This document shows positions 1-10,104 of a stretch of 32,000 nt of DNA, piece by piece. The notes below the pieces were generated by a model, which saw only the letters and a program-made list of their open reading frames with translations, had not been told where the DNA came from and did not search any database. The position numbers and the translations under genes were made by a program. The DNA comes from Candidatus Saccharimonadota bacterium (GTDB lineage Bacteria; Pseudomonadota; Gammaproteobacteria; Enterobacterales; Enterobacteriaceae), in the NCBI GenBank assembly GCA_045690015.1, contig CP145877.1, positions 30,001-62,000 on the forward strand. The letters are read 5' to 3'. How positions within the stretch are numbered: position 1 is the first letter of the stretch; the number at the start of each line of letters is the position of its first letter.

Positions 1-515
1 AGAAAAGATGCATCACTTTCATCAGCTTCTATTATTAGATATTTACTAGTTCCTAACTGGGCGTTAATACGTAAAGTTTTAATTAATCCTCCATTAATAA
101 ATGTAGGATCTAAACCAGCTTCAATAAATATACTACTAATCATTGCTGTAGTTGTAGTTTTACCATGTGTTCCAGTAATAGCGATTCCGTAACGAAAACG
201 CATTAATTCAGCTAGCATTTGCGCACGTTGAATTACTGGAATACGGGCTTTATAAGATGCTACCAGTTCTGGATTATCATCAGGAATAGCTGTGGATACA
301 ACAATAAGATGGGCATTTTTAATATTAGATGGATGATGCTTTAAAAAAATAGTTACTCCAAGCGATATAAGATGGTTAATCATCTCATTTGAGACAATAT
401 CAGAACCACTAATTTTATATCCTTGATTGGCTAGAATTATCGCTATTCCAGCCATACCGATACCACCAATCCCAATGAAATGAATATTATTCTTTACCGA
501 ATTCCTATTTATCAT
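1..515 (-). CDS. murC: UDP-N-acetylmuramate--L-alanine ligase MurC, N-terminal 171 codons (gene continues past the window start)
   Basis: My own minus-strand translation from the ATG at 515..513 gives [39 protein letters not shown]...[19 protein letters not shown]...[11 protein letters not shown]. It carries the GIGGxGM dinucleotide-fold motif and the Mur-ligase P-loop GTHGKTTT. It lies downstream of murG as in the E. coli dcw cluster. It is absent from the ORF track because the window edge cuts it. Confidence 0.9.
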   Translation of the reverse strand, partial: MINRNSVKNNIHFIGIGGIGMAGIAIILANQGYKISGSDIVSNEMINHLISLGVTIFLKHHPSNIKNAHLIVVSTAIPDDNPELVASYKARIPVIQRAQMLAELMRFRYGIAITGTHGKTTTTAMISSIFIEAGLDPTFINGGLIKTLRINAQLGTSKYLIIEADESDASF

Positions 516-543
516 ATTTATTGTTATCTGACGGGTTGTAGGT

Positions 544-1632
544 CTAATTGTTTTTTGGTATGTTTATTAAGAAAGATGCTACGCGTTCGGTTGCATTAAA
601 TATTGCAAGAGAACGGGCAGACAAAGCCATTCTCAATAATGTGGTTCGATCTAGTTTTTCTAAAATTTTAACAACATTGCTTGCGGTAAATTCTGAGTTT
701 TCTAAGATTTCAGCCGCATCTACATCTTTCAATAAGAATGCGTTCCAATATTGCTGTTTGTCTCTATGTACAAAGGGTACAAAAATAGCGGGTAATCCTA
801 CTACAGCTATTTCACTGACAGTAAGAGCTCCAGAGCGACAAATTACCACATCAGCCCATGAATAGGCTATTGCTATATCCTCGATAAATTCAGTAATGCG
901 ATAGATAGAGAGAGTATTTGAGATATCTTTATATAATTCTCTAACCTTAGACAAAGCATTTTTACCAACTTGATGCCATAAAATGATTTTATTACCCAAA
1001 ATATTAGCCACTTGTGGCATAACGTTATTTAAAATCTGTGCTCCCTGACTGCCTCCAAGTACTAAAATCCGCAATGGAAATCTACTTCTTCCTAAAAATC
1101 GGGATTCAGGGGGAGGAATAGAAAGTATCTCATCACGAATAGGATTTCCTACCACAATAGCTTTATTTAAAGCTCCAGGAAAAGCTTGTAATTTTTTATA
1201 TGCAATTTTTGCTAACCAATAATTAGTTAATCCAGGAATTACATTTTGCTCATGTATAACTATAGGAATATCCTGTATCCAAGCAGCTATTCCTCCCGGA
1301 CCAGAAACATATCCCCCCATTCCTAAAACTATATTAGGATGCCAGTTTTTAATTATTTTATATGATTGACGAATAGCACGAAAAAATTGTAATGATAATG
1401 AAAAAAATAACTTAAATTTTTTCCCACGCCAACTTTTAATCCTAATTAATTCAAGATCAATATTATATTTTTGAACTAAATTGACTTCCATTCGATCATA
1501 GGTTCCAAGCCAAAGTATTTGCCAACCATGATTAAGAAGATATTGTGCAATAGCAATACCTGGAAATATATGTCCGCCTGTTCCACCTGCCATTATTAGC
1601 AGACGTCTACTACAATTAATCCTACAACACAT
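544..1632 (-). CDS. murG: Lipid II-forming UDP-GlcNAc transferase MurG
   Basis: 362 aa ORF with the ATG verified at 1632..1630. [34 protein letters not shown] matches the E. coli MurG N-terminus ([34 protein letters not shown]). It is colinear over the full length (E. coli 355 aa). Confidence 0.95.
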   Translation of the reverse strand: MCCRINCSRRLLIMAGGTGGHIFPGIAIAQYLLNHGWQILWLGTYDRMEVNLVQKYNIDLELIRIKSWRGKKFKLFFSLSLQFFRAIRQSYKIIKNWHPNIVLGMGGYVSGPGGIAAWIQDIPIVIHEQNVIPGLTNYWLAKIAYKKLQAFPGALNKAIVVGNPIRDEILSIPPPESRFLGRSRFPLRILVLGGSQGAQILNNVMPQVANILGNKIILWHQVGKNALSKVRELYKDISNTLSIYRITEFIEDIAIAYSWADVVICRSGALTVSEIAVVGLPAIFVPFVHRDKQQYWNAFLLKDVDAAEILENSEFTASNVVKILEKLDRTTLLRMALSARSLAIFNATERVASFLINIPKNN

Positions 1633-1734
1633 ATATTCATTACTGATCTATTAATTTAATATAGTAATAGTATAGAAGATTGGTAAAAAATTGCATTATT
1701 ACTAGAGGTAGGTAAGGTAAATTAGTTAATTAGC

Positions 1735-3060
1735 TTAACATCCTAATTTTTTTGCCAGTTTGGTAAAGATATTACCTCTATGACAAAAATTACTAAATTG
1801 ATCAAGACTAGAACATGCTGGAGATAAAAGAACTAAATCACCTGGTTTAACTATAGAGGCAATATATTTTATAGCTTCAATCATTGTTTTGCTTTTTTTT
1901 GCTATCTGTGGACGTAATTTAGCTAATCGATCTCTATCACGTCCAAAACAGTATACTTTAATGCGATCTCCTTGTAAATAAGGAATAAGAGGATTAAAAT
2001 TAGAATTTTTTCCATCACCTCCTAATAATAAATGAATTATCCCTTCTACAAAAATTTCTTTAATAGAATTTAAGGCTACTATAGTACTAACTACATTAGT
2101 GGCTTTAGAATCATTTATCCATTGCACATCATGTTTTTTCAAAACTAACTGAAATCTATGGGGTAAACCTACAAAATTTGTAATAGCAGTTAAGCTGGAT
2201 AATCTGGGGAATCCTAAAAGATCACTAATTGCTAATGCGGCTAAAGCATTTAGGTAATTATGATTACCAATTAATTTAATTTCAGAAGATTTTAATACGT
2301 TCTGATTATTTACTTGAAGCAAGACACTTCCATTCTGGATGTTAAGATGATAATCTCCTTTATCAATACCAAAGGTAATAGATGATTGATTATTTTTTAA
2401 TTTCGGATAGGTTAAAGAATCTTCTATATTATAGAGACAAATTTTAGCATTATTATAAATACGCAATTTGGCTTTTTGATATGCGTGTAATCCATCTGCA
2501 TAACGATCTATATGATCTTCAGTGATATTTAAAATCGTAGCTACAACTGAGTGTAAACTATAAGTAGTTTCTAATTGAAAGCTCGATAATTCAAGCACGT
2601 ATAGCTGATACGGATGTAATAATAAATTTAAAGCAGGTACTCCAAAATTTCCACCAAGACCCGTAAAAACACCACTTTGTTTAGCAATTTCATAAATCAA
2701 AGCAGAAACAGTGCTTTTACCATTAGTACCAGTAATAGCAACAATCGGAGCTTTAGCTTCACGACAAAATAATTCAATATCACTAACAATTTCTACCCCC
2801 GTCCGTGCAACTTCTTGAATTAAAGGATGCTTTATTCCAATACCAGGACTAAGAACAATCAAATCAGCCGCATGTAACCATTTGGGATTTAAATAACCAA
2901 AACAACATTCAATAAAATTAGGTAATTTATCTAATGAGGGTGGAAATATGCGAGTATCCATTACACGTGGAATAATACTACGCGATAAAAAAAAATTAAT
3001 ACAGGAAAAACCTGTTATTCCTAATCCAATTATAACAATGTTCTTATTTTTATAACTCAT
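1735..3060 (-). CDS. murD: UDP-N-acetylmuramoyl-L-alanine--D-glutamate ligase MurD
   Basis: 441 aa, colinear with E. coli MurD (438 aa). Matching segments: [16 protein letters not shown]-loop [53 protein letters not shown]. Confidence 0.96.
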   Translation of the reverse strand: MSYKNKNIVIIGLGITGFSCINFFLSRSIIPRVMDTRIFPPSLDKLPNFIECCFGYLNPKWLHAADLIVLSPGIGIKHPLIQEVARTGVEIVSDIELFCREAKAPIVAITGTNGKSTVSALIYEIAKQSGVFTGLGGNFGVPALNLLLHPYQLYVLELSSFQLETTYSLHSVVATILNITEDHIDRYADGLHAYQKAKLRIYNNAKICLYNIEDSLTYPKLKNNQSSITFGIDKGDYHLNIQNGSVLLQVNNQNVLKSSEIKLIGNHNYLNALAALAISDLLGFPRLSSLTAITNFVGLPHRFQLVLKKHDVQWINDSKATNVVSTIVALNSIKEIFVEGIIHLLLGGDGKNSNFNPLIPYLQGDRIKVYCFGRDRDRLAKLRPQIAKKSKTMIEAIKYIASIVKPGDLVLLSPACSSLDQFSNFCHRGNIFTKLAKKLGC

Positions 3061-4126
3061 TTAAATGGAAATTAAATTTAATAACTAAACCAATTAACAC
3101 TAACATAAAAGAAATAATTCCAAATCTGATAGTAATTCGCGGCTCAGGTAATCCTTTTAATTCATAATGATGATGAAGTGGTGCCATAAGGAAAATTCTC
3201 TTTCCGCGAAACTTAAATGATCCTACTTGTATAATTACTGATAGTGTTTCTATAACAAAGATTCCTCCCATAACTAATAATAATAATTCCTGCCGTAAGA
3301 GGATAGAAATTATTCCAAGTGTAGCCCCTAATGCCAAAGATCCTATATCTCCCATAAATACTTGCGCCGGATAAGTATTAAACCATAAAAAAGCTAGACC
3401 AGAACCAATAATTGTACTACAAATAATAACTAGTTCACTCAAAACAGGTAAATAAGCAATATGTAAATAATTTGAGAGAACACTGTTACTGTTAAACCAA
3501 GCTACCAATCCTAATCCAGCTGCAACAAATATGGTGGGGATAATAGCTAATCCATCTAAACCATCTGTGAGATTAACCGCATTACTAGTACCAATAATAG
3601 TAAAATAAGCAATACACAAATAAATAATCCAGTTCCATGGCATCATTAATGTAGTCTCCACTGGATTTTTATGCCAAAAAAATAAAACTAAAAGAATCAA
3701 AAGAGCAATGATTGATTGAAAAAAGTACTTCCAATATGCTATTAAACCTTGAGAATTTTTAAGCATTATTTTTTGATAATCATCAATAAATCCAATTAGA
3801 CCATATCCAACTAATACAAATAATACGAACCAAATATAAGGATTTGATAAATGAGCCCAAAGGAATATAGAGTTCATAATAGATATTATTATTATGAGAC
3901 CACCCATAGTAGGTATTCCTTTCTTACACCAATGTGATTGAGGACCATCATGACGTACAACTTGACCAAATTTAAATTTTAGCATTTTTCTTATTAACCA
4001 TAATTCCATAATTATTGTAAATAAAAATGCAGTTATAAGACTTATAAATGCACGGAATATGATAGAGTGAAAAATCTTTAAACTTGGAAAAAATTCGGTT
4101 AGATGTGTAATTATCCAAATTAACAT
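3050..4126 (-). CDS. mraY: Phospho-N-acetylmuramoyl-pentapeptide transferase MraY
   Basis: 358 aa polytopic membrane protein, colinear with E. coli MraY (360 aa). Matching segments: [66 protein letters not shown]. Its 3' end overlaps the murD start by 11 nt. Confidence 0.96.
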   Translation of the reverse strand: MLIWIITHLTEFFPSLKIFHSIIFRAFISLITAFLFTIIMELWLIRKMLKFKFGQVVRHDGPQSHWCKKGIPTMGGLIIIISIMNSIFLWAHLSNPYIWFVLFVLVGYGLIGFIDDYQKIMLKNSQGLIAYWKYFFQSIIALLILLVLFFWHKNPVETTLMMPWNWIIYLCIAYFTIIGTSNAVNLTDGLDGLAIIPTIFVAAGLGLVAWFNSNSVLSNYLHIAYLPVLSELVIICSTIIGSGLAFLWFNTYPAQVFMGDIGSLALGATLGIISILLRQELLLLVMGGIFVIETLSVIIQVGSFKFRGKRIFLMAPLHHHYELKGLPEPRITIRFGIISFMLVLIGLVIKFNFHLNEL

Positions 4127-4138
4127 TAATATTAATTT

Positions 4139-5521
4139 CTAATCCTGTAAAGAAGATACGATGTTTTCCATTAACATATTACGAGAACCTTTAATTAAGA
4201 TGGTAATGTTGCGATATTTGCTCAGTAACATTTTCAAATGTTTAATTAATGATAATTGATCATAAAAATGTTCACCATGACGATGGATCTGACTAATATT
4301 TTTACTAAAATTACCTATGCTAATAATTTTATCTATTCTAGTTGTGCGTACTACTAAACCTACCTGACGATGACACTCCAAGGAATATTTTCCCAATTCC
4401 GCCATATCTCCTATAACCATAACCAGATATCCCGGCATTTTTTCTAATGTCATAGCTGCAGCTATCATTGAGGATACATTGGCATTATAGGTATCGTCAA
4501 TTAGTAATTGATTTTTATCAATATCTAAAAAACTCGCATGGAGTCTACCTGGTAATATTTTTACCGACTCTAATCCAGTCTTAATTTTTTTTAAACATAT
4601 ATTAAGTGATGATGCTAAGGCACTTGCTGCCAATGCATTAGCAACATTATGTTCACCTAATAATGGTAGTAAGATATCAATCTTACCTTGATAACTATTT
4701 AAGGTAAATAGTGTATTCCTTGCAGTGACCATAATATTAGAGGCAAAAAAATGGATTTTACCCTGTTCTTGCTCTGTAAGAGAAAAGAATAATACGGTCT
4801 TATCGCATAACAGCTTTTTCCAAAATTCAATATAATGACTATTATAATTAATAATAGCTAACCCATTCTTAACTAATCCACTAAGTATTTGTCCTTTTTC
4901 TAGGGCTACTCCTAATAAAGAACGAAGTCCTTGTAAGTGTGATAACCCTATATTATTAATTAATACAACGTCAGGACGTATTAATTGTATACTATATGCA
5001 ATTTCACCAGGGTGATTAGTACCTACTTCAATGATAGCAAAAATATATTCTTCCGTTAATTGTAATAATGTTAATGAGACTCCTATATCATTATTATTAT
5101 TATTTCTAGTTGATAAGGTTTTACCACATTGACACAAAATACTTGTAACCATTTCTTTCACGGTACTTTTACCACATGATCCGGTTAAGGCTAAAACTTT
5201 AGTTTTTACTTGTTGTCTAACCCATGCAGCAAGTTTTCCTAAAGCAATACGGGTATCCTGGACTAAAATTTGTGACAGATTAATATTAATCGGTAAAATA
5301 CGGCTAACTACAGCAGCAATAACTCCTAATTGTTGTAAGTGGTTCGCTATTACTAAAAAATCATGAGCATCAAATCGTTTGCCCTTAAGAGCAATAAATA
5401 GCGCTTTTGTAGTAGAGGGACGACTACGTGTATCAGTAATTACTGTCTGAATATTACTATTAGTACCTATAAGCTTTCCTTCTATAATTTTAGCAATTTT
5501 TATCAATGATAAAGGAATCAT
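4139..5521 (-). CDS. murF: UDP-MurNAc-tripeptide--D-Ala-D-Ala ligase MurF
   Basis: 460 aa, colinear with E. coli MurF (452 aa). Matching segments: ALKGKRFDAHDF, AAWVRQQV, P-loop LTGSCGKSTVKE, DDTYNANVSSM, GDMAELG, KGSR. Its start overlaps the murE stop in an ATGA. Confidence 0.95.
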   Translation of the reverse strand: MIPLSLIKIAKIIEGKLIGTNSNIQTVITDTRSRPSTTKALFIALKGKRFDAHDFLVIANHLQQLGVIAAVVSRILPININLSQILVQDTRIALGKLAAWVRQQVKTKVLALTGSCGKSTVKEMVTSILCQCGKTLSTRNNNNNDIGVSLTLLQLTEEYIFAIIEVGTNHPGEIAYSIQLIRPDVVLINNIGLSHLQGLRSLLGVALEKGQILSGLVKNGLAIINYNSHYIEFWKKLLCDKTVLFFSLTEQEQGKIHFFASNIMVTARNTLFTLNSYQGKIDILLPLLGEHNVANALAASALASSLNICLKKIKTGLESVKILPGRLHASFLDIDKNQLLIDDTYNANVSSMIAAAMTLEKMPGYLVMVIGDMAELGKYSLECHRQVGLVVRTTRIDKIISIGNFSKNISQIHRHGEHFYDQLSLIKHLKMLLSKYRNITILIKGSRNMLMENIVSSLQD

Positions 5522-7083
5522 TCATTTATCCCTAGTCCTAAGATCTTTTTTACTAAAATTCTATCTGAATAATTGATATATTGATGTCCAATTATTTGAT
5601 AGTTTTCATGTCCTTTACCAGCAATTAAAATTACATCATCTTTATTTGCTAAATTAATGGCATACTTTACGGCAGTTGTACGATCCGGTATAATAATTAG
5701 CTGACTCCTATCGGATATCCCTTTCAAAATATCATTGATAATTAAATTAGGTTTTTCCTTACGAGGATTATCATTAGTTATAATTAATTTATCAGCAAAG
5801 GTTTCCGCTATTTTACCCATAATTTTGCGTTTTCCTGAATCTCTATTTCCTCCGCATCCAAATATACACCACAAATCTTTATGAAAACTTTTTAGATTTT
5901 TAGCTGCTGTTAGTGCTTCTCTTAAGGCATCTGGTGTGTGTGCATAATCTATTATAACTGTAGGCTTATCACGTACATGAAATACTTCCATTCTTCCAGA
6001 TATAGGTTTGAGTTTTTTGCTAACATCTAAAACCATGTCTAATGGATATCCTAAAGAAAATAATGTAGCCATAGCCAATAATAAATTTATTACATTAAAA
6101 CATCCTACAATTGGATTATCTAATTGTCCATTACCCCAGCTTGATTGAAAAATAATTTTATTATCATTCCTCATAGTTGCTTTTAACCAAGATTCTCTAT
6201 AAAAAATTGAAGCGGTGTGTCTTTTCATCAGAGTCACTGCAACTGCATTTTGCAATTTTTTCAACCAACAATATCCTACCTTATCATCAGCATTAATGAT
6301 GATATTTTTAGTATTATGTTTGAAAAACAACAACTTCTTTGCATTTTTATAATTTTCCATGTTTCCGTGATAATCAAGGTGGTCACGAGTTAAATTAATG
6401 AAAATGGATGCGGCAAAAGGCACAGCAGTAATACGAGATTGTACTAGTCCATGCGATGAAATTTCCATTGCTACAAACTTAGTATTTTTTTCGACTAAAA
6501 AATTTAAAAATCGTTGTATATCAACTGCAGAATCGGTAGTGTTTTTAGTTGGGATTAGATTCCCATATAAACCATTTCCTAAAGTCCCCATGACCGCACT
6601 CTTTTCACCAAGTAATTCTATCCATTGGGATAATAGGTGCGTGGTAGTAGTTTTACCATTAGTTCCTGTTACACCAACTATACATAATTTTTGACCAGGA
6701 TTATCATAAAAACGACTTGCAATCTCGGAAAGATATTTCTCTAGATTTGGTAGATAGATAATAGGGATATTTTTTAAATAAACAATTTCTAATTCATCAT
6801 CAGTATCTGCAATAACCGCTCTTACTCCTTTAGCAATAGCTTGAGAAATAAAATTACGTCCATCCAGTTGATGTCCTTTTATGGCAAAAAATCCATATCC
6901 CACTTTTGCTAAATTACTGTTTATTGTTATTCCATGAAGTAAAATTCTGGGCACACTATCTCTCACCCATGGTGATAATAAATTATGTAAATATCGATTG
7001 GCCAATGGCAATGGATCAATTCCTCTTTTATATCTACAAGATTCACTATTGCTTATAGTAGTATAAATAATAGGTTTATCCAT
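5518..7083 (-). CDS. murE: UDP-MurNAc-L-Ala-D-Glu--meso-diaminopimelate ligase MurE (start uncertain)
   Basis: Colinear with E. coli MurE (495 aa). Matching segments: NRYLHNLLSPWV (E. coli DRNLRDLLAPWV), P-loop GVTGTNGKTTTT and the DAP-specificity motif NDNPRKE. The 538-aa track ORF starts at a TTG (7134..7132) and is over-extended. The first in-frame ATG is at 7083. Homology-consistent TTG candidates lie at 7011 (AAGAGGA SD 9 nt upstream) and 7005 (would give exactly MANRYL...). The end at 5518 is firm. Confidence 0.93.
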   Translation of the reverse strand: MDKPIIYTTISNSESCRYKRGIDPLPLANRYLHNLLSPWVRDSVPRILLHGITINSNLAKVGYGFFAIKGHQLDGRNFISQAIAKGVRAVIADTDDELEIVYLKNIPIIYLPNLEKYLSEIASRFYDNPGQKLCIVGVTGTNGKTTTTHLLSQWIELLGEKSAVMGTLGNGLYGNLIPTKNTTDSAVDIQRFLNFLVEKNTKFVAMEISSHGLVQSRITAVPFAASIFINLTRDHLDYHGNMENYKNAKKLLFFKHNTKNIIINADDKVGYCWLKKLQNAVAVTLMKRHTASIFYRESWLKATMRNDNKIIFQSSWGNGQLDNPIVGCFNVINLLLAMATLFSLGYPLDMVLDVSKKLKPISGRMEVFHVRDKPTVIIDYAHTPDALREALTAAKNLKSFHKDLWCIFGCGGNRDSGKRKIMGKIAETFADKLIITNDNPRKEKPNLIINDILKGISDRSQLIIIPDRTTAVKYAINLANKDDVILIAGKGHENYQIIGHQYINYSDRILVKKILGLGINE

Positions 7084-7141
7084 CCAATTTATTCGATAAT
7101 TTAGTAAAAAATGACTTTTATTCTCTCTCGGCAATTAATTA

Positions 7142-8092
7142 TTAATCAACTATCTTCTCGGCAATACGTAAAATTGCACTTCTGGCACGTCTATTACGAT
7201 TCACTTCTATTTTAGTAGGTTTAATTTTTGCAATATTTTTCAATTTCTGACAACGACGACTATTCAAGCATGCTATGGTTAAAGGAATGCTATGAGGGAT
7301 AAAAATTCCCTGGGTATACTTATTAATAAAACGCTTTACTATTCTATCTTCAAGTGAATGGAAGCTGATTACTGATAAACGTCCTGAATTCCGTAGAACT
7401 ACCAAAGCGCTTTCTAAAAAAGTTTCTAGCTCTTTTAATTCATTATTGATAAAAATTCGTATCGCTTGAAAACAACGAGTTGCTGGATGTTTATTATATT
7501 TTACTGTGCGTTGTCGTGGTATACTTGCATAGATAATATCTACAAGTTCTTTAGTACGTGTAATCGGTTGATTATACTTACGATGATAAACAATAGATCT
7601 AGCAATACGTCGTGCAAAACGTTCTTCACCAAGATTTTTTAAAATCCAATAAATTTCGTTTTCAGTAGAATTAGAAAGCAAATCAGCAGCAGTAAAACCA
7701 TTACTTGGATCCATACGCATATCTAGAGGCCCATCATGCATAAAAGAAAAACCACGTTGTGCATTGTCAATGTGGTAAGATGACATGCCTAGATCTAAAA
7801 GGATTCCATCAATATATCCAATTAATTTCTTATCACTTATATAATTAGCTAGATTAGAAAATTGCCCATGAATAAGAGTGAATCTTGAATCCTTAATACT
7901 AGTACCAAGAGTAATAGCTTGAGGATCACGATCAATCGCATATAAATGTCCTTTAGAACTCAACTGAGATAATATCAATTTTGTATGGCCGCCACCTCCA
8001 AAAGTAGCATCAATATAGATACCATTAGGTTTAATATTAAGACCGTTAATAGCTTCATATGCTAATACGGGAGTATGATTGAGCATTTTCAT
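7142..8092 (-). CDS. rsmH: 16S rRNA m4C1402 methyltransferase RsmH (MraW)
   Basis: 316 aa, colinear with E. coli RsmH (313 aa). Matching segments: GIYIDATFGGGGH, AIDRDPQA, ILLDLGMSSYHID, RGFSFMHDGPLDMRMDP, SFHSLEDRIVKRF, NRRARSAILRIAEK. Confidence 0.95.
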   Translation of the reverse strand: MKMLNHTPVLAYEAINGLNIKPNGIYIDATFGGGGHTKLILSQLSSKGHLYAIDRDPQAITLGTSIKDSRFTLIHGQFSNLANYISDKKLIGYIDGILLDLGMSSYHIDNAQRGFSFMHDGPLDMRMDPSNGFTAADLLSNSTENEIYWILKNLGEERFARRIARSIVYHRKYNQPITRTKELVDIIYASIPRQRTVKYNKHPATRCFQAIRIFINNELKELETFLESALVVLRNSGRLSVISFHSLEDRIVKRFINKYTQGIFIPHSIPLTIACLNSRRCQKLKNIAKIKPTKIEVNRNRRARSAILRIAEKIVD

Positions 8093-8223
8093 ATTAATGG
8101 AAAATATCTAAGTATAGATTATAATTTGGACATGGAGCTACAAAATAATAAAAATTAATGGTTTTCATGCGTTCCTAATCCTTTATTAATATTTTATTCT
8201 AACATGCTTTTATCTAACATCTA

Positions 8224-9225
8224 ATGAAATCAAAACACATGAATATGTGCAGCAAAATTACTCTATATATATTACTTATCTTTAATTTCAATAGTACAAT
8301 AGCTACAGCCTTTCCTATAGCTATTGATGAAATTGCTGTAATTATCAATGATAATATCATTTTAAAAAGTGATATAGATTCCATCTTGGATTTAATTAAA
8401 ATGGAAAATATTTATTCAGATATCAATCAACAAAAATTAATTGAAGAAATAATTTTGAAAATTATTTTATTCGAAATAGGAAAAAAAGAAAATATTTCAT
8501 TAATGCAAGATAACATTTACAAGACTATGATGCTTCATATAAAATCTATGGCAGATAGAAGACATCTTCCAATATATCAGTTCTATAATAATTTTATTAA
8601 AGATAAATGGAAATATCATGTTTTATATGAACAAATACTGCAAAATATCATCAATAGCGCTGTTATTAGAAATAATATTAAGAACTACGTAACCATAACA
8701 CCATATGAAATATCACAAAGGCTTAAAAATCAAAATAATTTAATTACTAGTGATTTATATTATAAAAAACCGAAGATATTTATTACCGAGATGCATGTAA
8801 GGCATATATTCCTATTAAGTAGTGATAAAGAAATACAGGAAAAGTTAACTCAAATATACCAGGAGATTAAAAAGCGAAAAATAGATTTTTCTACTGCTGC
8901 TCATAAATATTCTCAAGATCTAACTTCTGTTTTTCAAGGAGGAGATTTAGGGTGGATAACTCCAGATATGTTAGATGAAAGATTAGGTTTAGTCTTATTA
9001 AATTTAAATAAAAATGAAATTAGTCCGCCTATTTTTTCTGAAAATGGCTGGCACTTAATTCAGTTACAAGAAACACGTAAAAAAAATAAAACTGATGTTC
9101 TTTTGAAAGAAAGACTGTGGCGCATTTTATATCAGCTCAAATGGAATGTGGAATTTCAACAATGGATAACCAAACAATATAAAGATGCTTATGTTAAAAT
9201 ACTGGATACCAATAATAAATATTAA
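8224..9225 (+). CDS. surA: Periplasmic chaperone SurA, short form with a single parvulin PPIase domain
   Basis: 333 aa with an N-terminal signal-like segment (MKSKHMNMCSKITLYILLIFNFNSTIATA). The N-domain matches E. coli SurA (IDEIAVIINDNIILKSDIDS vs [20 protein letters not shown]). ITEMHVRHIFLL...FQGGDLGWITPDM...NGWHLIQL...DAYVKIL aligns with the second parvulin domain plus the C-terminal tail of E. coli SurA (428 aa). About 95 aa, equivalent to parvulin domain 1, are missing. Confidence 0.88.
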   Translation: MKSKHMNMCSKITLYILLIFNFNSTIATAFPIAIDEIAVIINDNIILKSDIDSILDLIKMENIYSDINQQKLIEEIILKIILFEIGKKENISLMQDNIYKTMMLHIKSMADRRHLPIYQFYNNFIKDKWKYHVLYEQILQNIINSAVIRNNIKNYVTITPYEISQRLKNQNNLITSDLYYKKPKIFITEMHVRHIFLLSSDKEIQEKLTQIYQEIKKRKIDFSTAAHKYSQDLTSVFQGGDLGWITPDMLDERLGLVLLNLNKNEISPPIFSENGWHLIQLQETRKKNKTDVLLKERLWRILYQLKWNVEFQQWITKQYKDAYVKILDTNNKY

Positions 9226-9285
9226 TTCTATTAGCATACTAACTATCAATAGATCTTTGATTGCAAGTAATTTTTTTATCTAATT

Positions 9286-10104
9286 ATGATTAATTATAGG
9301 ATTTTTGCTCATAAAAAATTCGGTCAACATTTCCTTCATGATAATTCAGTTATAAAAAAAATAGTTTCGATTATTTCTCCTAATCCTTCTAATACACTTG
9401 TAGAAATAGGTCCGGGTCTGGGTGCTTTAACTAAACCCATTAGTAAATATGTTGATAATCTAACAGCCATTGAAATTGATCTCAATTTAATTAATTTCCT
9501 TAAAACCAATAAATCTCTTATTAAAAAATTAACTATATATCCACAAAATGTTCTAAATTTTAATTTTACTGAATTCTCACACCAACAAGGAAAAATGTTA
9601 CGTATATTTGGAAATATACCTTATAATATTTCTACTCCTCTTTTATTTCATCTATTTCATCATATAAATGTCATAAAAGACATACATATTATGTTACAAA
9701 AAGAGGTTATAGATCGTATCATTGCTACTCCAGGATGCAAAAATTACGGTCGATTAAGTGTGATATCACAATATCATTGTCATACAGTTTCTATTTTGGA
9801 AATTTCTCCAAAATCGTTTATACCTAAACCTAAAGTCAAATCAGCTTTAATACGTTTAATTCCACATAGTAGAATACTACACCAAGTCAAAAATCTTCAA
9901 GATTTAAAGGTTATTACTAATATTGCTTTTAGCCAACGTAGAAAAATGTTACGTAAGAGTATGAAAAATTTATTTCCCTTAGAAGTTTTACAACAAATGG
10001 GAATTAATCCTACATTACGTGCAGAGAACATTTCAGTTGTACGTTATTGCCAATTAGCTAATTGGTTGACTGCACAAAAATCTCAGCATAGAATTACACT
10101 ATAA
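9286..10104 (+). CDS. rsmA: 16S rRNA A1518/A1519 dimethyltransferase RsmA (KsgA)
   Basis: 272 aa, colinear with E. coli KsgA (273 aa). Matching segments: KKFGQHFL, VEIGPGLGALT, IFGNIPYNISTPLLFHLF, MLQKEV, YGRLSV, FSQRRK, RAENISV. Confidence 0.95.
   Translation: MINYRIFAHKKFGQHFLHDNSVIKKIVSIISPNPSNTLVEIGPGLGALTKPISKYVDNLTAIEIDLNLINFLKTNKSLIKKLTIYPQNVLNFNFTEFSHQQGKMLRIFGNIPYNISTPLLFHLFHHINVIKDIHIMLQKEVIDRIIATPGCKNYGRLSVISQYHCHTVSILEISPKSFIPKPKVKSALIRLIPHSRILHQVKNLQDLKVITNIAFSQRRKMLRKSMKNLFPLEVLQQMGINPTLRAENISVVRYCQLANWLTAQKSQHRITL

Noticed and set aside
548-865. 105-aa ORF on the + strand
   Set aside because: It lies entirely antisense to the well-supported murG CDS. It has no recognisable motifs, and such shadow ORFs are expected opposite real genes.
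6398-6694. 98-aa ORF on the + strand
   Set aside because: It lies antisense within murE (across its P-loop region) and shows no homology signal, so it is a shadow ORF.
7006-7134. The murE 5' extension as a possible remnant of the ftsI 3' end or of ftsL
   Set aside because: The translated extension (PRENKSHFLLNYRINWMDKPIIYTTISNSESCRYKRGIDPLP) shows no similarity that I can recognise to the E. coli FtsI C-terminus or to FtsL. It is too short and too AT-biased to judge without an alignment tool.
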